This document shows positions 22,465 through 31,918 of a DNA stretch of 64,000 nt, one piece after another. The translations under genes were made by a program, and so were the position numbers. Origin of the DNA: an uncultured Gemmatimonadaceae bacterium (GTDB lineage: Bacteria; Gemmatimonadota; Gemmatimonadetes; Gemmatimonadales; Gemmatimonadaceae); assembly GCA_963817955.1 (NCBI GenBank), contig CAWFQK010000005.1, forward strand, positions 64,001 to 128,000, given 5' to 3'. The notes beneath the pieces were generated by a model, which was not told where the DNA came from, searched no databases, and saw only the letters and a list, made by a program, of their open reading frames with translations. The first letter of the stretch is position 1. Each line of letters starts with the position of its first letter.

Positions 22465-23754
22465 TTGCTGGTGGACATGTACGACGCCGCCTGCACCGCG
22501 TCGTCGTCCACCCAGGCGACGACGCGCGCCGTGGACGCGTTGACCATCGATCGCTCGTCTCGCGTCTTCCTGTTCTCATTCGGCAAGGCGGCAATGCCGA
22601 TGGCCTCAGCCGCGGTCACATCGTTGCTGCGCTCGCTGCACACGATCGTCGGCGGCGTGGTTGTCTCGCCCGACGGCGGCCCGACGCCCTACCCGACCCT
22701 GGTCAGCATGAAGGGCAACCACCCGATCCCCGGGCGCGACTCGTTCGCCGCGGCGGCCAAGATTGGCGAGTTCACGCCTGGACGGAGAGGAAACGATGTG
22801 GCGGTCGTGCTGCTCTCCGGCGGCGCGTCGAGTCTGATCGGCGCGCCGCTACGCGGTATGAGTGAATCGGATCTGTCATTGCTCTACGAACTGCTGCTCG
22901 GCTCCGGACTCGATATCGTGTCGATGAACGCGGTGCGAAAGCGTTTCTCGCGGTGGTCCGCTGGACGCCTCGCGCTCGCACTGGCTCCCGCTGCGACGCA
23001 CTGTCTGGCAATCTCCGACGTCCCGAACGATGACCTTGGCGTGATCGGTTCCGGGCCGTGTGTCGCAGACGCCACGACCGTGAAGGAAGTGTCGGCGATC
23101 CTCGAGCACGCCGGCCTCATGACACGCATTTCGCAAACACATCGGGACTACCTTTCCGCGGTCACGCGCGGCGTGATTCCGGAGACACCGACGCGCGCAC
23201 ATCCCGCGTTCGCGCATGTGACAGCGCGCGTCGTCGGCAACAATCGCATGGCGGTGGACGGCATCGCCGCGCACGCCGAGTCGCTCGGACTCAGCATCGT
23301 GAAAAGCACGGAACGCTTGCGCGGCGCCGCGGCACGCGCCGGTGAAACGATTGCCGGCGAGCTGGTCGCCGCGCGCGCGAATGGCGTCAGCGGGCGCTGT
23401 TTCATCTGGGGCGGCGAGACAACGGTCGCGCTCTCCAGCGGCCATCGTCCCAACGGCGGCGGACGTTGTCAGGAACTCGCGCTTGCGGCAGCGCGCGTGC
23501 TGCACGACGCTGGGGTATCGTGCGCTGACATCACGCTGCTCGCCGCGGGCACCGACGGCCGCGATGGGATCACAGACGCCGCTGGCGCGGTCGTGGACGG
23601 CACGACGTGGAGCACCATTGCCGCGTCGGGACGCGATCCATCGCAGGCGCTGGCGGTGCACGAATCGTACGCCGCGCTGCGCGCAGCCGACGCATTGATC
23701 GCGCAGCGCGACACCGGAACCAATGTCAACGACGTGGTGGTAGCGATCGTGTAG
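22465..23754 (+). CDS. Glycerate kinase type 2 (MOFRL family); true start may be ATT at 22426
   Basis: GKAA, HPIP, LLSGGASSL, ISDV, IGSGP, GGETTV, GGRCQE, GTDGRDG, TGTNVND. Confidence 0.92.
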   Translation: MLVDMYDAACTASSSTQATTRAVDALTIDRSSRVFLFSFGKAAMPMASAAVTSLLRSLHTIVGGVVVSPDGGPTPYPTLVSMKGNHPIPGRDSFAAAAKIGEFTPGRRGNDVAVVLLSGGASSLIGAPLRGMSESDLSLLYELLLGSGLDIVSMNAVRKRFSRWSAGRLALALAPAATHCLAISDVPNDDLGVIGSGPCVADATTVKEVSAILEHAGLMTRISQTHRDYLSAVTRGVIPETPTRAHPAFAHVTARVVGNNRMAVDGIAAHAESLGLSIVKSTERLRGAAARAGETIAGELVAARANGVSGRCFIWGGETTVALSSGHRPNGGGRCQELALAAARVLHDAGVSCADITLLAAGTDGRDGITDAAGAVVDGTTWSTIAASGRDPSQALAVHESYAALRAADALIAQRDTGTNVNDVVVAIV

Positions 23755-23771
23755 GCATTAGTTTTCCCCGC

Positions 23772-24707
23772 ATGACCACCGCCCCATTTACCGTCGGCAT
23801 CATTCAGGATGGCGCCAGCGACGACGCGGCGGCGACGATCGACGCCACGGTGGCGCGCGTGCGCGAGGCGGCGGCGCGAGGCGCGCAAATCGTCTGCCTC
23901 AAGGAGCTGTTCAACGCGCCGTACTTCTGCAAGTCGCAGCGGTGCGAGCGGTTCGATCTCGCCGAGTCGATTCCAGGCCCGACGACCGATCGCATGCAGA
24001 CGCTCGCGAAGGAGCTCGGCATCGTGCTCATCGTGCCGATCTTCGAGAAGCAGGCGCGAGGCGTCTATCGCAATTCGGCAGCGATCATCGACGCGGACGG
24101 GGCGATGCTCGGCGTGTATCGCAAGATGCACATTCCCGACGATCCACTGTTCAACGAGAAATACTACTTCACGCCGGGCGACGCAGCGGTGGACGATCGC
24201 ATTGACCGCATTGGCGGAGTGGCCAAGCAGGCGAGCGGCTTCCGCGTCTGGAAAACAAGGTTCGCCAATATCGGCGTGTTGATCTGTTGGGACCAGTGGT
24301 ACCCCGAGGCGGCGCGCATCACGGCGTTGCTCGGGGCCGACATCCTGTTCTACCCGACGGCAATCGGTTGGCATCCGGCCGAGAAGGCGGAGTTCGGGTT
24401 GGCACAGGTGGAGGCGTGGCGCACCATGCAGCGTGCGCATGCCATCGCCAACGGCGTCTTCGTCGCATCGCCGAACCGCGTGGGACACGAGGACGAGCCG
24501 GGTACGAACGGCATCGAGTTCTTCGGCCACTCGTTCATCGCCGACCCCTTCGGCCGTATCCTGACTGAAGCGGGCACACAGCCCGAGATCCTGATCGCGA
24601 CCTGCGACCCGCAGGTGATCGAGGATACGCGACGCAACTGGCCATTCCTACGCGACCGCCGCATCGACGCGTACGCGCCGATTCTCAGTCGGTATCTCGG
24701 CGCCTAG
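23772..24707 (+). CDS. aguB: N-carbamoylputrescine amidase (carbon-nitrogen hydrolase)
   Basis: ELF, YRKMHIPDDP, EKYYFTPGD, ICWDQWYPEAAR, YPTAIGW; adjacent to agmatine deiminase. Confidence 0.88.
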   Translation: MTTAPFTVGIIQDGASDDAAATIDATVARVREAAARGAQIVCLKELFNAPYFCKSQRCERFDLAESIPGPTTDRMQTLAKELGIVLIVPIFEKQARGVYRNSAAIIDADGAMLGVYRKMHIPDDPLFNEKYYFTPGDAAVDDRIDRIGGVAKQASGFRVWKTRFANIGVLICWDQWYPEAARITALLGADILFYPTAIGWHPAEKAEFGLAQVEAWRTMQRAHAIANGVFVASPNRVGHEDEPGTNGIEFFGHSFIADPFGRILTEAGTQPEILIATCDPQVIEDTRRNWPFLRDRRIDAYAPILSRYLGA

Positions 24708-24715
24708 TCACCGAC

Positions 24716-25759
24716 ATGACCTACCGTTTCCCCGCGGAGTGGGAACCGCACGACGCTACCTGGATCGCCTGGCCGCATCACGAGCCTGACTGGCCCGGGA
24801 AGCTCGAGCCGATTCCGTGGGTGTATGCCGAGATCGTGCGCGTGCTGCAGCAGCACGAGCGCGTCGACATCCTGTGTCACAACGAGGATGTGCGCGACGC
24901 CGCACGCCGCACGCTCGACGCGCACGACGTGCGCGGGAACCATCGGCTGCACATCGTGCCGACCGATCGGGTGTGGGTGCGCGACTCTGGTCCAACGGGA
25001 GTCCTCGCCGATGATGGCTCGGTCACGCTCGTCAACTGGCGATTCAATGCGTGGGCGAAGTATGCCAACTTCGAGCGTGACGCGGAGGTCGGGTCGGCGG
25101 TGGCACGTATCACCGGGTTGCGGCGCGTCGAGCCAGATCGCCCCGACAGCGGGGGGCGCGTCGTGCTCGAAGGCGGAGCGATCGAGACGGACGGTGCCGG
25201 CATGATGCTGGCCACCGAGGAATGTCTCCTCTCGCCAATTCAGGCTCGGAATCCGGGACTCACCCGCGCCGGGTACGAGCAGGTATTTCGCGACATCCTC
25301 GGCATCCGCGAGACGATCTGGCTCGGCCAAGGCTGTGTCGGTGACGATACGCACGGGCACGTCGACGACATCGCGCGTTTCGCCGCGCCGGGCACGATCG
25401 TACTGGCGTTCGAGGAGGATCCGGCGGATGACGAGAATCACCGCCGCTCGGTGGACAACTACCGGCGTCTGCTGCTCGCCGGCGGCGAGCGCGGGACCCT
25501 GCGCATCGTGAAGCTACCATTTCCGCGGCCGGTGATCATGAATGGTGAACGGCTGCCGGCGAGCTATGCGAACTTCTACATCGCCAACGGCGTTGTTATT
25601 GTTCCCACATTCAACGATCGCAATGATCGGGTGGCGCTGAACTCGCTCGCCGCGCTCTTCCCGGACCGGCAAGTCGTCGGCATTCACGCCGTCGACCTCG
25701 TGTGGGGCCTTGGCACGTTGCATTGTTTGACGCAGCAACAACCGCGGGCAGGGTCGTAG
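24716..25759 (+). CDS. aguA: Agmatine deiminase
   Basis: PAEWEPH, WVRDSGP, LEGG, DDTHGHVD, ASYANF, GTLHCLTQQQP. Confidence 0.93.
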   Translation: MTYRFPAEWEPHDATWIAWPHHEPDWPGKLEPIPWVYAEIVRVLQQHERVDILCHNEDVRDAARRTLDAHDVRGNHRLHIVPTDRVWVRDSGPTGVLADDGSVTLVNWRFNAWAKYANFERDAEVGSAVARITGLRRVEPDRPDSGGRVVLEGGAIETDGAGMMLATEECLLSPIQARNPGLTRAGYEQVFRDILGIRETIWLGQGCVGDDTHGHVDDIARFAAPGTIVLAFEEDPADDENHRRSVDNYRRLLLAGGERGTLRIVKLPFPRPVIMNGERLPASYANFYIANGVVIVPTFNDRNDRVALNSLAALFPDRQVVGIHAVDLVWGLGTLHCLTQQQPRAGS

Positions 25760-25786
25760 CGCGTTGTTCGTCTCCCGGTCTCCCGC

Positions 25787-26806
25787 CTATCGTCCCGCCA
25801 CCCCGTAGGCCTTCAGCTTTCGCGCCAACGTTGGACGGGAGATGCAGAGAATGCGGGCTGCGGCACTCTGATTGTAGTCCGTGAGCTGGAGCGTCAGTTC
25901 CAGGGCTTCGCGCTCGATGTCGCGCAAGCGCTTGCCGTCGGCGGGAATGCGTATTTCGCCGAAGGTCACGGCGCCCCGCACGGCGCCATTGCCGTTCCGC
26001 CGCTGGTTGATGATGAGATGTTCGGCGCTGATGAGCGGGGTGTCGCACACCACCATCGCGCGTTCGACGACGTGCTTGAGCTCTCGCACGTTGCCCGGCC
26101 AACGATGCGCGCGGAGCACGGCGATCGCGTCCAGCCCGAGCTGGCGTCGCGGCAGACCCTGCAACCGCGCCGACTCGTGCAGTAGATGGTCGGCAATGAG
26201 ACGCACGTCGTCGTCGCGCTCGCGGAGCGGCGGCAATTCGATGCGCAGCACGCTGAGACGGGCGAGCAGATCCTCGCGGAATGAGCCCGCCGCCACACGA
26301 TCTTCCAGACGCGTCTTGCTCGCGGCGATCACGCGGCAGTGCACCACATTGCCTGTCGCCCCATTGCCCAGCCGAGGAATGCTGTATTCCTCCAGTGTGC
26401 GGAACAGCCGACTCTGCAACACCAGCGGCAGCTCTCCCACCTCGTCGAGATACACCGTGCCGCGGCCCGTCAACTCGAGCACCCCGACCTTCCGCGTGCC
26501 ATCGGTGCGCGATGGCGCGGTGCCGAACAGCTCGACCTCGAGCAATGGCGCCGGAATGGCCGCGCAGTTGATCGCCACGAACTGCGCGTTGGGGTTCAGC
26601 CCGGCGTTGTGAATGCAACGCGCGACCAACTCTTTACCCGTGCCAGCTTCGCCGGTCAGCAGCAGAGCGCGCAACGGGGTCGTCGCGACGCGACACGCCA
26701 CGTGCAACGCGTGGCGCATGCCGGCACTCGCCGCGATGACCGCCGCGAATTCTCGCTCGCTTCCACGGTCGGCAGGAAGCTGCCGCTGGACAGATGGCGC
26801 GGTCAT
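25787..26806 (-). CDS. Enhancer-binding-protein-type AAA+ regulator with Fis HTH; no sensory domain, degenerate GAFTGA
   Basis: GEAGTGKE, INCAAIP, LDEVG, FREDL, WPGNVREL, AARILCISRPTL; the GAFTGA position reads PSRTDG. Confidence 0.88.
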   Translation of the reverse strand: MTAPSVQRQLPADRGSEREFAAVIAASAGMRHALHVACRVATTPLRALLLTGEAGTGKELVARCIHNAGLNPNAQFVAINCAAIPAPLLEVELFGTAPSRTDGTRKVGVLELTGRGTVYLDEVGELPLVLQSRLFRTLEEYSIPRLGNGATGNVVHCRVIAASKTRLEDRVAAGSFREDLLARLSVLRIELPPLRERDDDVRLIADHLLHESARLQGLPRRQLGLDAIAVLRAHRWPGNVRELKHVVERAMVVCDTPLISAEHLIINQRRNGNGAVRGAVTFGEIRIPADGKRLRDIEREALELTLQLTDYNQSAAARILCISRPTLARKLKAYGVAGR

Positions 26807-26913
26807 GCGCTGGCTCCACGAAGAAGATGTGCACCCGGCATCATGCTTTCGGTCTCAGCTGACTGCACGGGTATATATTCTAGTATCGGCATATGAGTGG
26901 TCGCATCGCAGGG

Positions 26914-29900
26914 TCAGGCCGCACTTGCGCCAACGAGCGTGACATGTAATGCCGACAGACGCGCGGCCACGCCGACGAATCCCAAGGCTTCGACCTCCGG
27001 ACTGATCTGATCGATGAGTTCGAGCAGTGCATCGGTGGCACAGTGCAGCGACGGTGCGCACTCGGCCACCAGGTACGCCGCGACATAGGGGTCGTGCCGG
27101 CTGGCGATCGCGACCGCCTCGTGCAACAGGCGCATCGCGTGTGCATAGTCCCCCCGCTCGGCGGCAAGACGAATGCGCAACGCATCCACCAGATCGCGCC
27201 CCTGGAACCACCAGTCCGGACGCGGTTCGACGTTGGCGCGGATCCACCGCATGGCGTCTTCGGCCACGGAACGCGCGCCAACCGCCAGCGCGGCGAGTGC
27301 CTGTCCGGCGCGCGCGCCCAGCTCCACGTCCGGCTGTCCGATCCGCCCTGCGACAGCCAGAACCTGATCGTACAGCGCCGATGCCGTGGCCCAATCCTCC
27401 GCCTCGCGAGCCAGATGCGCCATGTTGTATAGCGTCGCGAGGCGATGCGACTCGTTGGACGATTCCGTGAACCGTGCCAACGCTTGGTCGTACCGTTCGC
27501 TCGCCAGATCCAATTGTCCGCGCCGCAGGTACAGCACGCCGAGATTCAACGCGGCCAGACCGGCGAGATCGACGGCGTGGGCGCTGTTCGCCGCTTCGAG
27601 TGCATGATCGTATGCCCCCTCGGCCGCAGTGACTTCGCCTGCACGCTGATGGATGATGCCGATGTTGATGTGGCACCGCGCTTCGCCGCAGCGGTCGCCG
27701 GCGGTGCGGAACAGCGACAGCGCGCGCTGATAGAAATCGCCCGCTTCACGCGACCGTCGGTCGATCATCGACGTCCCGAGCCGCGTCAGCGCCTCGGCGA
27801 GCAATCGCCCGTCGTCCGCTTGTTCGGCCGCCGCGACGGCATCGCGTGCCATCTGTTCCGCCTCGCGCCATTCTCCCAGCCGGCCCTGATACTGCGAGAT
27901 CATGTTGAGGAGCGCGGCTTCTTCGGAGCGGTCGAGCAGTTGCCGCGCCAGGGTCAGCAACTCGCGGCACGCCGCGATCGTCTCACCTGCCGGCTGTCCC
28001 TGGAGCGCGCGCGTGCGTTCGCGCATGCGGCGCAATCCAAGAATCGCATGATTCTCGGAACGCCCGGCGAGTCCGGCCAATGCGCGGTCGCACAGCTCCT
28101 CTGTCAAGGCATAGCGACCCTCGGTTTCCGCGACTTCGGCGAGATAATGCAACGCGCCCCCCCGCTGCTCGGGATCGCTGGCCGTTTGCTCGGCGATCTC
28201 GAAGAATTGCCGCGCCTCGGAGTGGGCGTACATCGACAGTGCGGCAGTGCCAGCCGTCATCGCATGCCCATAAGCCTTCTGCGGAAGACCGGCCTGATGG
28301 TAGTGCGTAGCGATTTCGGCTGCATTGCCGGGGGTGCGTTGCTCCAACGCCGCGGCTATGCGCTCGTGAATGCGCGCCAATCGTCGCGGATTGATCGCGC
28401 GCCGCACGGCGTCGACCAGCAGCCCGTGCGTGAAAGAGAACGCGCTGCCCGTCTTCTCCTGCCACGGCTCGACAACGGCATGGGCAATCCCCTCATCGAG
28501 TGCGTCGAGCACGTCGTCTTCGTTGCCGGCGCCGGCTGCCATCGTCAGATCGATGTCGAACACGCGTCCGATGACTGCGGCCGTATTGAGAATGCGGCGC
28601 GTCCCGTCCGATAGGCGCTCGAGGCGCCTGTCCATGAGACCGGTGACCGCCGCCGGCAGATCTCCCTCGCGCTCCGGACGCAATGCCCAACGACCGTGCT
28701 CGTACCGCACAGCACCGTCGTCGGTCAGCATGCGGACGAGCTGCGTAGCAAGGAGCGGGTTGCCCTCGGAGTAGCGCTGCAGGTAAGCGAGCACTTCCGG
28801 GCTGGCATCTCCACCGAACACGTTGAGCAGCCACACACGAAGCTCAGCTTCCGTGAGTCGCGGCAGCGCAATCTCATGGAAACGCTCATCGCGCAGCAAA
28901 CGATTCCGCCGCTCCGATGCCTCGCCGTGTGTCTCCTCGGCACGCATCGTGAGACAGATCAGGATGCGTTCCGTCTCGAGCTGCGCCACGACGTGCTCGA
29001 GCACGTCCCACGTGGCCGAATCCGACCATTGCATGTCGTCGAGCAGCACGATGATGGGGCGCGCCGACGCCGCCAGGCGCAGGAACGCGACAATCTCATC
29101 GAACAGGATGTATTTGTTCCCGGTTGGCTCGTGTACAGACGTCTCGAGCGCCGGCACGAGGCGCGACAGCTCGCGCCATTCCTGGTCCGCGACAACCCCG
29201 AGTTGGTGAATCGCGGTAATCGCTTCGGCCCATGGCGCGTACGGCGCTTTGGCATCGGCTTCGCTACAGCGTCCCGATACCAGCGATCCGGTGCGCAACC
29301 GTACCTCGTTGGTCAGCCGGCGCACGAGTGTCGACTTGCCGACGCCGGCTTCGCCGATGACGCACACCAGCTGAGGTCCGCCTTCCAGCGTCGAGTCGAG
29401 CCACCGGATCAACCGATCGAGTTCCTCTTCGCGTCCGACGAACTGCTGCAGGTTGATCGCCGGCTCGCGCGACTCCTCCTCACTTTCCGACGCCGAGACG
29501 ACGGTATCTCGCCCGCGGCGCTTCGCTTCGTAGAGCGCTCGATCCGCGGCCTCGAACAGCGCGTCGAAGTCATTGTGCTCAGCCCGCGCCGCCGCCACGC
29601 CGATCGACATCGTGACGGAGATCGAGCCCGAGCGTTCACGCAGCGGCACCGAGGCGCGGCGCACCGTGCCGCGGATACGCTCGGCGAGTTCCGCCGCCTC
29701 GGTGATCTGCATGTGTGGGAGGAGAATGATGAACTCGTCCCCCGCATACCGGCCAATGATGCCTGCCGCCGACGCGATCTCGCGGAGCGTGCCGGCAACG
29801 ACACGGAGCACCGCGTCGCCCTGCAAATGGCCGTGCGTGTCATTGACGTGCTTGAATTCGTCGACGTCAATCACGATCAGCGACACGGTCGCGAATGGAC

Positions 29901-31704
29901 CGCGCTCGGCGAGGATCTTGTTCGCCACATCGACGAACGGACGCCGCGTCAGGAGTCCCGTGAGGTCGTCGCTCGGGCCGGAGACACTGAGATCGCGCGC
30001 GGCCGTCCTGTCGGCCGCCGGCGCGTCGTGCGCCGGCGTGTTGTGAATCACCCGTTGCCGCAGCGACGGCGCACGCGTGCGCATCAGGTCTTCAAAGAAT
30101 CCGAACAGCTCCGGATCGAACTGCTTGCCCACGTCGGCACGCATGATCTCCAGGGCAGCCTCGTGGGCAAGCGCGCCCTTGTAGCTGCGCTTGGAAGTGA
30201 GCGCATCGTAGACATCGGCGATGCACAGCATGCGCGCGGCACGCGGAATATCCTCACCGGCGAGTTGATCGGGGTAGCCCTGTCCATCCCAGCGCTCGTG
30301 GTGCGAGCGCACCATCGGCACGACATCGCCCGGGAAGTCCATGTCGGCGAGCATTTCGACGCCGGCGAGTGGGTGGCGCTTGATCAATTCCCACTCATCG
30401 GGCGACAGCTTGCCGGGTTTGTTCAGGATCTCCGGCGGAATGATGAGCTTGCCTACGTCGTGCACGATGGCGCCAATACGGAACCAGAACAACTCGCGCG
30501 GCGACAACCCGGCACGCAGCGCCAGCGCGCACGACAGATCCGCCACGCGCTCGCAGTGCCCCTGGGTGTACCGGTCCTTCGATTCGATCGATCCGCTCCA
30601 GTGGCGAACCGCATCAATGAAGTGGCGCTCGAGACGGGCGTTGCGCCGATCGATATCGGCGAGGTCGCGCTTGGCGCTGAGCTGCGTGAAGATGCGGTGA
30701 CCGCGATTGAGGTGCATGAGCGCATCGCGGTGGCGTCCCTGTTTTCGGCACAGCTCCGCGTGCTCGCGCGCCGTTTCGGCGGAAAGCAGCAGATCGCGTC
30801 GATCCACGGCAACGGACTGCGCGCGGTGCAGGTGCTCCTCGGCCACCGCAAATTCACCCATCTCGCGCGCCACCGTGCCGAGGTGCTTCTCGATCTCCCC
30901 TAGGGCGAACGCGTCCTGCGTCTGCGCGGACAACGATGACGCGAGTTCGCACGACTTGCGCGCTGCCGCATAGTCGCCGCGGGCAATCTCCAGCTCGGCC
31001 CGGTTCACCTCCAACAACACGCGGGCAGGAATGTCGCCGAGCGCATCGGCAATCTGCACCCCCTCCTCAAAGGCGCGCGATGCATCTTCCCAACGCTCGA
31101 GGTCTGTGCAGAGCATGCCCATGTTATTGAGTGCCATGAGCACTTCCTTGGGCGCTCCGAGCGTACGAAATTCGGACAGACTGGTGCGATAGTATCGCAG
31201 CGTCTTGTCGTGATCGCCGCGCGTTTGGGCGATGACGCCAAGGTTCAAGGCGGTCATCGCGGCCAGCCGCGTCTCGCCAGCGTCTATCGCGTGCGAGCGA
31301 GCCTCGAGGTAGAGCGCCTCGGCCGTATCGAGTTCACCGCGCTGCTGATAAACGATTGCCTTGACGTTGATCGCGTGGCCAATGCCGCTGGGATCGCCAG
31401 CCAGCTCGGCGATGGCGATCGCTGCCTCGAGGCAATCGAGTGCCGCGTCGGCGTCGGCGTCGGCGCCGACCTGATACGTACGAGCCACCCAGCGAAGCAG
31501 CGATGACGCAACCTTGCCGTCCTGTACCCGCCTCAGCGAGTAGAGCGCCCGTTCATAGAGCGAGCGCGCATCGTCACGCCGCCCTTCTCGCTCGGCGAGT
31601 TGGGCTTGCTGAATGAGGACGTCGACCGGGAGATGCATCGTCGCAAACCACGCTGTGGGTGAACAGCCGGGAAGAACGCGGACAGTGGAGGCACGTGTAG
31701 TCAC
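26914..31704 (-). CDS. Multidomain TPR / HD-GYP / GGDEF / STAND-type ATPase / TPR signalling protein (alternative start 31638)
   Basis: N-terminal TPRs; HDVGK...HHERWDGQGYP; FKHVNDTHGHLQGD...RYAGDEF; GEAGVGKS and LLDDMQW; GNPL; C-terminal TPRs. Confidence 0.92.
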   Translation of the reverse strand: MTTRASTVRVLPGCSPTAWFATMHLPVDVLIQQAQLAEREGRRDDARSLYERALYSLRRVQDGKVASSLLRWVARTYQVGADADADAALDCLEAAIAIAELAGDPSGIGHAINVKAIVYQQRGELDTAEALYLEARSHAIDAGETRLAAMTALNLGVIAQTRGDHDKTLRYYRTSLSEFRTLGAPKEVLMALNNMGMLCTDLERWEDASRAFEEGVQIADALGDIPARVLLEVNRAELEIARGDYAAARKSCELASSLSAQTQDAFALGEIEKHLGTVAREMGEFAVAEEHLHRAQSVAVDRRDLLLSAETAREHAELCRKQGRHRDALMHLNRGHRIFTQLSAKRDLADIDRRNARLERHFIDAVRHWSGSIESKDRYTQGHCERVADLSCALALRAGLSPRELFWFRIGAIVHDVGKLIIPPEILNKPGKLSPDEWELIKRHPLAGVEMLADMDFPGDVVPMVRSHHERWDGQGYPDQLAGEDIPRAARMLCIADVYDALTSKRSYKGALAHEAALEIMRADVGKQFDPELFGFFEDLMRTRAPSLRQRVIHNTPAHDAPAADRTAARDLSVSGPSDDLTGLLTRRPFVDVANKILAERGPFATVSLIVIDVDEFKHVNDTHGHLQGDAVLRVVAGTLREIASAAGIIGRYAGDEFIILLPHMQITEAAELAERIRGTVRRASVPLRERSGSISVTMSIGVAAARAEHNDFDALFEAADRALYEAKRRGRDTVVSASESEEESREPAINLQQFVGREEELDRLIRWLDSTLEGGPQLVCVIGEAGVGKSTLVRRLTNEVRLRTGSLVSGRCSEADAKAPYAPWAEAITAIHQLGVVADQEWRELSRLVPALETSVHEPTGNKYILFDEIVAFLRLAASARPIIVLLDDMQWSDSATWDVLEHVVAQLETERILICLTMRAEETHGEASERRNRLLRDERFHEIALPRLTEAELRVWLLNVFGGDASPEVLAYLQRYSEGNPLLATQLVRMLTDDGAVRYEHGRWALRPEREGDLPAAVTGLMDRRLERLSDGTRRILNTAAVIGRVFDIDLTMAAGAGNEDDVLDALDEGIAHAVVEPWQEKTGSAFSFTHGLLVDAVRRAINPRRLARIHERIAAALEQRTPGNAAEIATHYHQAGLPQKAYGHAMTAGTAALSMYAHSEARQFFEIAEQTASDPEQRGGALHYLAEVAETEGRYALTEELCDRALAGLAGRSENHAILGLRRMRERTRALQGQPAGETIAACRELLTLARQLLDRSEEAALLNMISQYQGRLGEWREAEQMARDAVAAAEQADDGRLLAEALTRLGTSMIDRRSREAGDFYQRALSLFRTAGDRCGEARCHINIGIIHQRAGEVTAAEGAYDHALEAANSAHAVDLAGLAALNLGVLYLRRGQLDLASERYDQALARFTESSNESHRLATLYNMAHLAREAEDWATASALYDQVLAVAGRIGQPDVELGARAGQALAALAVGARSVAEDAMRWIRANVEPRPDWWFQGRDLVDALRIRLAAERGDYAHAMRLLHEAVAIASRHDPYVAAYLVAECAPSLHCATDALLELIDQISPEVEALGFVGVAARLSALHVTLVGASAA

Positions 31705-31732
31705 ATGCCTCCACCATCAGTATCGGCAGCTT

Positions 31733-31918
31733 TCAGCCGGACGCGAGCATATACCCGGAGAAATGCCAGATATCGAAAGTCACTTGATTGCTCCACGGGG
31801 AAAGGTCGGCGTTGGGCAGGTCGTTGATCATGGCATTACCGTGGATCAGGTCGATCGCGGAGAACCGGGTGGGTTCCGGTCTGCGACGGTAGTTTGAGGC
31901 CCTTGACATTGATGACAT
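31733..31918 (-). CDS. Small ORF ending in WHFSGYMLASG (61 aa, or 32 aa from ATG 31831); may instead be a frameshifted tail of the upstream lipoprotein
   Basis: Repeats the HFSGY motif of the upstream gene with different synonymous codons. Confidence 0.5.
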   Translation of the reverse strand: MSSMSRASNYRRRPEPTRFSAIDLIHGNAMINDLPNADLSPWSNQVTFDIWHFSGYMLASG

